From an uncultured Methanosarcinales archaeon (lineage in GTDB: Archaea; Nanobdellota; Nanobdellia; Woesearchaeales; CAYZNE01): a stretch of DNA of 64,000 nucleotides. Positions 58,074-64,000 of this stretch are shown one piece after another; within the stretch, counting starts at the first letter, position 1, and every line of letters starts with the position of its first letter. The notes under the pieces were generated by a model. That model was not told where the DNA came from, searched no databases, and saw only the letters and a program-made list of their open reading frames with translations. The stretch lies in contig CAYWRI010000003.1 of the NCBI GenBank assembly GCA_964461035.1, forward strand, positions 3,213 to 67,212, in the 5' to 3' direction. A program made the translations under genes and the position numbers.

Positions 58074-58787
58074 TTAAACAAGTTCTATATTCATATTAGA
58101 ATAATTTTCAAGAATAATTCGCTTCAGAGTTTCTAAGAACTGGTTTGATGGTGGTTCTATTTTCTTAAATAGTTCAGCATTGTCTTCAGGATTAAATTTT
58201 TCTAATTCCCAAACACATTTCAAATCTTTAATAATTTTTGCGAGTTCAAGAAAAACCTCTTTTCTGTAAACAGATCCTGGAACAATCAGTGTTCTAAAAA
58301 TTATATCTACTTCTTTATCATATTCTTTCAATAAATTAATACTTTCTATTATTTCAAAATATGTTTTTTCTGCAGATTCAAAAAAAGTTCCTGCTTTTGT
58401 TATTTTTTTAAAATTTTCTTGAGATGTTATTAAATCAAAAACAATAATATCAAAAAAACTCTTTTGTAAAAAATACTTTAATACATCCGATTTTGTTCCA
58501 TTTGTTTTTAGAGCTATTTTAATTTTCATTTTTTTACAAAAATCTATTAATTCAATCATTGCTTGTTTTTGAAGAAGTGGTTCTCCACCTGAGAATAGTA
58601 TTACTGTTGGTTTTAATTTAATAAGTTCCTCTTTAAATAATTTTAATTCTATGAGTGCTTCAGAACGGAATTCAAAATACTTTGAATTTTTGAAAACACA
58701 ATTAATTTTATTACCATAAAAGTTTATTTCATAAGCTCCTTCAATAATTTTACTGGGTAAAATCTGCTTATCAACATATGCTTGCAT
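58074..58787 (-). CDS. Radical-SAM-activase-like (QueE/NrdG/PflA-type) fold protein lacking the CxxxCxxC cluster motif
   Basis: 'VILFSGGEPLLQ' is the GGEP SAM-binding motif. There is only a single Cys in the N-terminal 60 aa and no CxxxCxxC anywhere. Confidence 0.4.
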   Translation of the reverse strand: MQAYVDKQILPSKIIEGAYEINFYGNKINCVFKNSKYFEFRSEALIELKLFKEELIKLKPTVILFSGGEPLLQKQAMIELIDFCKKMKIKIALKTNGTKSDVLKYFLQKSFFDIIVFDLITSQENFKKITKAGTFFESAEKTYFEIIESINLLKEYDKEVDIIFRTLIVPGSVYRKEVFLELAKIIKDLKCVWELEKFNPEDNAELFKKIEPPSNQFLETLKRIILENYSNMNIELV

Positions 58788-58915
58788 AATACTCTAGAAG
58801 TATTAACTATTATATAAATGCTTTCAGTTTTTTTTTTGAGACCAACTCTTCATTTCAAAAGATATTTAAATAAGTAATATTTAGTTTAGTTAAATCCAGT
58901 AATGGGGGTGCAAAT

Positions 58916-59464
58916 ATGACAAATTGGTTGTTGATAGGAATTATAGTTCTTGTAGTTTTAGTTATAATAGGAATTTACAATGTTCTAGTAAGATTAAATA
59001 ATAGAGTAAAAAACGCTTGGTCTCAAATAGATGTTCAACTAAAGAAAAGATATGATTTAGTACCCAATCTTGTTGAAACTGTAAAAGGATATGCTAAGCA
59101 TGAAAGTGAACTTTTCTTAAAAGTTACCACTGCGCGTTCAGAAGCATACAAATCTAGTAAGATTAGTGATAAAATAGGGAACAATAATAAATTTTCAGCT
59201 TTAGTAGGTCAAATGCTTGCAGTAGCAGAAAATTATCCTAACTTAAAAGCTGATCAGCATTTTTTAAAAATGCAAGAAGATTTAAATGGCATTGAATCAA
59301 AAATTGCTTATGCACGACAATTTTATAATGACGTGGTTGAGCAGTTTAATACAAAAACACAGCTTTTTCCTAATAATCTTTTTGTAAAATTATTTGGTTT
59401 TGAAAAATATGTGTTCTTTGAAGCAAAAAAAGAAGAAAGAGAAAATGTTAAAGTAAAGTTTTAA
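58916..59464 (+). CDS. LemA-family membrane protein
   Basis: N-terminal TM plus '[35 protein letters not shown]', the LemA signature region. Confidence 0.8.
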   Translation: [182 protein letters not shown]

Positions 59465-59506
59465 TTTTTTTCTATTTTTTTGATTATTTAACTTAAGTTA
59501 TATACT

Positions 59507-60430
59507 ATGAAATCAGACTTTTACAAAGAAATGAGTAAGAATAATTGGAAAACGGTTCTCCTATTTATTATGTTCTTTATACTTGTAACTTTATTTGGCA
59601 TTGCATTTGGTGCATATTTTGGAGATATTTATTTTGGTGTTGGTCTTGCAATAATTGTTGGAATAATTTATACTGTGATTGCATACAATTTCGGTGCATC
59701 GACTATTCTTGCAAGTTTAAATGCAAAACCAGTAACTTCTGAAAGTGATCCTTATTTATACGAGGTTGTTGATGGGTTAAGAATTGCTGCAGGTTTAAAG
59801 AATACGCCTAAAATATTTATGATTAAAGAAGATTCTATGAATGCTTTTGCAACTGGAGTTAATCCTGAAAAATCATATATTTGCGTAACTTCTGGTTTAA
59901 GAGAAAAAATGAACAGACAAGAACTAGAAGGTGTTATTGCTCATGAAATGAGTCATATAAGAAATAAAGATATAAAAGTTATGCTCTTAGCTGCAGTTCT
60001 TGTCGGTGTTGTTATTTTACTTTCTGATGTAATATTTAGAAGTTTTATTTGGAGGGGTGCAGGAAGAAGTAGGCGAAGCAATTCTGGAGGTCAAGCTCAA
60101 TGGATTTTGATAATAATTGCTTTAGTATTGGCAATTTTAGCACCATTAATAGCTCAGCTAATAAAACTTGCGATTAGTAGAAAAAGAGAGTATTTAGCTG
60201 ATGCTTCAGCAGTTCAACTTACCCGATATCCTGCAGGTTTAAAATCCGCTCTTGAAAAAATCAAAGGAGATACTGATGTTACTGTTGATACTGCTAATAA
60301 AGCAACCGCACACATGTTTATAGAAAATCCTCTTAGAAATAAAAAAAGAACTAGTTTTATTACACGAATGTTTAGTACACATCCACCCATAGAGGATAGA
60401 ATTAAAGCTCTTGAATCCATGAGTTATTAG
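59507..60430 (+). CDS. M48-family (HtpX-like) zinc metalloprotease, membrane-bound
   Basis: 'IAHEMSHI' (HExxH), four TM segments, and 'FSTHPP' near the C-terminus. Confidence 0.75.
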   Translation: MKSDFYKEMSKNNWKTVLLFIMFFILVTLFGIAFGAYFGDIYFGVGLAIIVGIIYTVIAYNFGASTILASLNAKPVTSESDPYLYEVVDGLRIAAGLKNTPKIFMIKEDSMNAFATGVNPEKSYICVTSGLREKMNRQELEGVIAHEMSHIRNKDIKVMLLAAVLVGVVILLSDVIFRSFIWRGAGRSRRSNSGGQAQWILIIIALVLAILAPLIAQLIKLAISRKREYLADASAVQLTRYPAGLKSALEKIKGDTDVTVDTANKATAHMFIENPLRNKKRTSFITRMFSTHPPIEDRIKALESMSY

Positions 60431-60435
60431 TTTTT

Positions 60436-60957
60436 TTAATATTTATGTTGTTCTTCAAGTTTTATTGTTTGTAAATATCTTTTAAGATAAGCATCATCTT
60501 TTTCTTTATCGGAATAGAATTTTGTTTCTAACCAACTTTCAATAATATTTATACATTCTTCTATTGTTATTAAATCTGCACTTAATCCAATTACATTAGA
60601 ATTATTATGTTTCCGACTTGAAATAGCATCTTCTGCTGTTAAACATCTTGAAGCAATAATTCTACCATACTTTGATGCAGGTATAATAATTCCTATTCCA
60701 GAACCACATATTCCTATTCCGACACTATTTAAATAATTATTAGAAACATTACGCCCAATTTTATCAGATATTTCAGGATAATCACATCTTTCTTCAGAAT
60801 CAGTTCCTACATCAATTATTCCATAATTTTTTTCTTTTAGAAATTTTATAAGTTCTTTTTTATGTGCATAACCTCTATGATCAGAACCAATCACAATTAT
60901 TTTACCTTTATGAGATTCAATAGGGATTTCATAATTTTCAATTATTATTGAGTTCAT
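60436..60957 (-). CDS. rpiB: Ribose-5-phosphate isomerase B (RpiB/LacAB family)
   Basis: 'KIIVIGSDHRGYAHKKELIKFLKEKNYGIIDVGT', 'GIGICGSGIGIIIPASKYGRIIASRC', 'SRKHNNSNVIGL'. Confidence 0.8.
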   Translation of the reverse strand: MNSIIIENYEIPIESHKGKIIVIGSDHRGYAHKKELIKFLKEKNYGIIDVGTDSEERCDYPEISDKIGRNVSNNYLNSVGIGICGSGIGIIIPASKYGRIIASRCLTAEDAISSRKHNNSNVIGLSADLITIEECINIIESWLETKFYSDKEKDDAYLKRYLQTIKLEEQHKY

Positions 60958-61049
60958 ATCATCTTTTTTAATTTTAAAATATTTAAATCTTTTTAAAATT
61001 TAATCAGTTTTTCATAGGGTATCAATCAAAAAAAATAAAAAATTTATTC

Positions 61050-61253
61050 TTAGTCAATGTTTCTTCGTCTAAATCCTCTTCCTAATCCTTGTCTTCTTCC
61101 TAAACCTTGTCCTCGTCCAGCATAGTTTCTTTGACCTATTCGAAGTCTATTATCTGTTGTGTAGATTAGTTTATCATTGTCTGTGCAATCTCCTAATCCT
61201 CTTCCAGTTTTAGGGCCTTTTCCTTCTGGACCTGTTTTATCTCCATTTGGCAT
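61050..61253 (-). CDS. DUF5320-family small Gly/Arg-rich protein
   Basis: 'MPNGDKTGPEGKGPKTGRGLGDC' matches the MP(R/N)GDGTGPxGxGPxTGRGxGxC family start. Confidence 0.6.
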   Translation of the reverse strand: MPNGDKTGPEGKGPKTGRGLGDCTDNDKLIYTTDNRLRIGQRNYAGRGQGLGRRQGLGRGFRRRNID

Positions 61254-61322
61254 TTTATATTTTCCTCCGTGTGTTTTTATGGCTTTTCCATTAAGTAACG
61301 AATTTGTTATTTTTTTCTCTTG

Positions 61323-61532
61323 TTAAATTTTTTGAAAAGTTAATTGATGTATTTCTATTTTTTCAGTAGATTCAACTAGAGACAATTCTTTTATGTCATT
61401 AAGTCTTAAACACTCAATTTTGTTGTATGTTGACTCGTTAATTTCAAGTTCGTTTAATTTTATTCCTTGTGGCTTGAAATATTTTACTTCTGGCATAAAT
61501 TCAATTCTTCTTATCCGTTTTGGCCTTACCAT
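61323..61532 (-). CDS. DUF134-family predicted DNA-binding protein; Cys-less variant, apparently C-terminally short
   Basis: 'MVRPKRIRRIEFMPEVKYFKPQGI ... ECLRLNDIKELSLVESTEKIEIHQLTFQKI' parallels DUF134 'MPRPKKCRR ... FKPxG ... EALRLxDxEGLxQEEAAExMGVSRxTFxRIL'. Confidence 0.55.
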   Translation of the reverse strand: MVRPKRIRRIEFMPEVKYFKPQGIKLNELEINESTYNKIECLRLNDIKELSLVESTEKIEIHQLTFQKI

Positions 61533-61533
61533 T

Positions 61534-61549
61534 ATGCATTATAATGCAT
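61534..61549. promoter_or_regulatory. Perfect 16-bp palindrome ATGCATTATAATGCAT, starting 2 nt upstream of the DUF134 start codon
   Basis: Seen in sequence: exact dyad symmetry with an embedded TATAAT-like core. Confidence 0.4.
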
Positions 61550-61644
61550 AACTTATATATAAACTTTTTGGTATTTTGGGTCTTTTTTGTTATAAATTAA
61601 ATGTATTCAAAACCTTAATAAATACTAGATTTTAATGTGAATAT

Positions 61645-62850
61645 GTGTTACACTTAAAATCTGATTTGAGAACTATGTATGTAAATTATTTAATTCATAA
61701 AGAAATAGATGATCTCTACGTTTCAGTTTTTATTAAATTATTAGCAGAATCATTTATCTCAGTATTTATTCCTGTTTTTCTTCTAAACTTAGGTTATGGA
61801 ATTTTTGAAATAATCTTGTTTTACTTAGTTAGATTTATTGCATTATCTTTATTCATGTATATTTTTTTCCATGTTTGTTCTTTTATTGGTGTAAAAAAGG
61901 TTTTGGCCATAGGAACAGTATTTCTTATTTTAACTTATTTTTCACTAAATTTTTTGGAAACTGGGTTAAACTTTTTTATTCCTGCAATAATGATTGGTTT
62001 GAGTACAGGATCATATTATGCCGCATATCATTTTGAACTTTCAAAATCAATACAGCCTAAAAAGGAAGCTAAGAACATATCTATTGTAAAGATAATTGCT
62101 ATTTTAACTGCAACTCTTGGTCCCCTAATTGGTGCATTTATTATTGATACCAGGTCTTTTTCATTAGTTTTTATTATTGCATCAATTCTTCTTTTAATAT
62201 CAATTATTCCTCTTTTTTTTACAGCAGATTTCAAAATAAAAAAAGAAAAAGTAAATCTTAAAAAAATATTTAAATGTGATACTCCTGAAAAAGCTTTATC
62301 TTATCAATTTGAAGGTTTTTTACATGTTTTTGATCTTTTATTTTGGCCAATATTTATTTATGCCATGATTGGAAGTATTTCTGATTTAGGAAAAATAGTT
62401 TCTTTTGCATCATTATTCATGATTTTATTTGTAAAATATATTGGAAAGTGGTCTGATAAAAATCCTCACAAAGTTTTAGAAACAGGAGCTTTAATATATA
62501 GTCCCTTATGGTTAGTAAAACTTCTTTTAATAACTCCCACAGGATTTTTTATATCTAATATTTTAAATCAATCTTCTAGATCAATGATTGAATTAGGATT
62601 TCATAAAATTGTTTATGCTGATGCTCATAAAAGAAAAGATCTTATAGCATATTTTACATTTCGTCAGATAAACTTACTTATAGGCAGGATTGTTATGTTC
62701 TTAATAGCTTTATTTTGTTATTTTGTTATATCTGAGAAAAGCATTTATGCTTTATGCCAAGTAATATTTATTATTGCAGCGTTTGTTACTGTTGTTTATG
62801 TTTTTCTTCTTAAAAAAATAATATCTAAAAATGCGTCTAAATCATATTAA
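61645..62850 (+). CDS. Polytopic membrane transporter (MFS-like, about 12 TM). The ORF track starts at a GTG; the ATG at 61675 is a possible alternative.
   Basis: Repeated hydrophobic helices throughout; no specific substrate motif. Confidence 0.5.
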   Translation: MLHLKSDLRTMYVNYLIHKEIDDLYVSVFIKLLAESFISVFIPVFLLNLGYGIFEIILFYLVRFIALSLFMYIFFHVCSFIGVKKVLAIGTVFLILTYFSLNFLETGLNFFIPAIMIGLSTGSYYAAYHFELSKSIQPKKEAKNISIVKIIAILTATLGPLIGAFIIDTRSFSLVFIIASILLLISIIPLFFTADFKIKKEKVNLKKIFKCDTPEKALSYQFEGFLHVFDLLFWPIFIYAMIGSISDLGKIVSFASLFMILFVKYIGKWSDKNPHKVLETGALIYSPLWLVKLLLITPTGFFISNILNQSSRSMIELGFHKIVYADAHKRKDLIAYFTFRQINLLIGRIVMFLIALFCYFVISEKSIYALCQVIFIIAAFVTVVYVFLLKKIISKNASKSY

Positions 62851-62892
62851 ATGGTTTATAAAATAAATTTTAATATTCAGTTTTTTATTTTT

Positions 62893-63357
62893 TTACATTG
62901 ATTCAATTATTAAATCAATTGAAACCTTTTTCTTTTTCCTTAAAAAATATTTTATACTATTACTCAGCTCATATAACTTTTGAAGTTTTTCTCGTTCTAT
63001 GTATTTAATATGATTCCTTCTGCATATTTGTCTCGCTTTTTCTGTTAGATACTGGTTTGTTATAATTGTGCCTCTGTAAGTTTTTATTCTATGTAATTTT
63101 AATTTTTCAGAAAAATATGCTGTAGATTTTGCAGAAACTTTTTTGCCTTTTGATTTATACTTACATTCTATATACTTTGTTATGGGCCATCCATATATAA
63201 CATCAAATTCGGATCTAATTATGTTTTTTCTTATTTTTCGTTTAAGTATAATATTTGTTCTAACATTATTATATCCTAAATTACTGTAAATCTCACTAAC
63301 TACCTTTTCAAGAGAATGTCCGACTCTATTATTATGTTCATGAATATTTTCAATCAT
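62893..63357 (-). CDS. PD-(D/E)xK restriction-endonuclease-like fold protein
   Basis: 'SEFDVIYGWPITKYIECKYKSKGKKV' matches D...(E)xK spacing. Confidence 0.4.
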   Translation of the reverse strand: MIENIHEHNNRVGHSLEKVVSEIYSNLGYNNVRTNIILKRKIRKNIIRSEFDVIYGWPITKYIECKYKSKGKKVSAKSTAYFSEKLKLHRIKTYRGTIITNQYLTEKARQICRRNHIKYIEREKLQKLYELSNSIKYFLRKKKKVSIDLIIESM

Positions 63358-63460
63358 AGAATATTATTTTTAATCTAGTTTAATATAGTTTAGTCTATTT
63401 AAATCGGATATTTTATGCTTTATTTCAGAATAAAATTAATAAAAAAGTAAAAATAAAAAA

Positions 63461-64000
63461 TTACCTTCGTCCTCTTCCTCTAGAATGAAATGAGTTTCTG
63501 TCAAAAGATCTTCCTGCAGGAGTTTTGAATTTTAATTCAACTTTTTTAACATCAGGAACTTTTTCTTGTTTTACTTTAATTCCCTGTTCTCTTTCAACTC
63601 TTTCAAAATTATCATAATCTCTTCTAGAAACTATGCTGATAGCAATTCCTTCTTTACCTGCTCTCGCAGTTCTTCCAATTCTATGAATATATTGTTTACT
63701 ATCATTAGGAATGTCATAATTATAAACGTGGGAAACTCCTTTAATATCAAGACCTCTTGAAGCAACATCTGTACATACAAGAACCTCCACTTTCTGTGAA
63801 TTAAACTTAGTCATTGTTCTTGTTCTTTTGTTCTGTGTTAATCCACCATGAATTGGGGTAGCATCAATTCCCATAGATTTAAGATTTTTTGCAACAAAAT
63901 CTACATTATTTCTCGTATTACAAAATATCATTACTAATCCTGAATTTTCTTCGTTAAGAAGATGAAATAATAAAGAAAATTTTAATCTATTATCAACATC
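63461..64000 (-). CDS. DEAD-box RNA helicase, C-terminal part only (continues past the window end)
   Basis: Motif V 'TDVASRGLDI', motif VI 'YIHRIGRTARAGKEG', and an RG-rich tail 'FHSRGRGRR'. The frame remains open to position 64000 ('...LVMIFCNTRNN'). Confidence 0.85.
   Translation of the reverse strand, partial: DVDNRLKFSLLFHLLNEENSGLVMIFCNTRNNVDFVAKNLKSMGIDATPIHGGLTQNKRTRTMTKFNSQKVEVLVCTDVASRGLDIKGVSHVYNYDIPNDSKQYIHRIGRTARAGKEGIAISIVSRRDYDNFERVEREQGIKVKQEKVPDVKKVELKFKTPAGRSFDRNSFHSRGRGRR

Noticed and set aside
1-64000. CRISPR arrays, rRNA genes, transposases/integrases and IS-like inverted repeats.
   Set aside because: No series of regularly spaced direct repeats. No long GC-rich blocks resembling 16S/23S/5S. 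No DDE/serine/tyrosine recombinase motifs in any ORF.

Overview
This window looks like an AT-rich, gene-dense archaeal contig, probably a DPANN-type lineage. The evidence is the archaeal ribosomal-protein gene order, eukaryote/archaea-type factors (aIF2alpha, Nop10, aRF1, SUI1, Rpp29, S6e, L15e, L19e, L32e, S4e), Sec/Oxa machinery and FtsZ. The core is a roughly 14.6 kb ribosomal-protein supercluster on the + strand, about 19.07 to 33.66 kb, running uL3-uL4-uL23-uL2-uS19-uL22-uS3-uL29-SUI1-Rpp29-uS17-uL14-uL24-eS4-uL5-uS14-uS8-uL6-eL32-eL19-uL18-uS5-uL30-uL15-SecY. Starts are tightly coupled or overlapping, and several proteins carry long Lys-rich extensions. Flanking regions hold housekeeping genes: eL15/eS6, Nog1-like GTPase, FtsZ, aIF2alpha plus an unannotated Nop10, GlyRS, GlmS plus a eukaryote-type GNA1-like acetyltransferase, aRF1, transaldolase, RpiB, type I signal peptidase and a proteasome-assembly PAC2-like protein. 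Mixed in are many unassignable genes. These include two giant cytoplasmic hypothetical proteins (1077 and 939 aa). There is also a HemK/Mtq2-like methyltransferase fused to a Bud32/RIO-like kinase-fold domain, and an orphan Rad50-like ATPase with a zinc hook. A short AT-rich islet at about 8.2 to 10.9 kb carries uncharacterised ORFs and a PRC-barrel protein. Nuclease-family domains are also present (EndoG-like DRGH, PLD 2xHKD, PD-(D/E)xK). A DUF134/DUF5320 pair is preceded by a perfect 16-bp palindrome, and a HAD-like gene is interrupted by an in-frame stop. No rRNA, convincing tRNA, CRISPR array or transposase was recognised. Several GC-rich hairpin islands in otherwise AT-rich intergenic DNA are candidate small structured RNAs that I cannot classify by eye. 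All assignments come from motif reading of the supplied translations; no searches were run.
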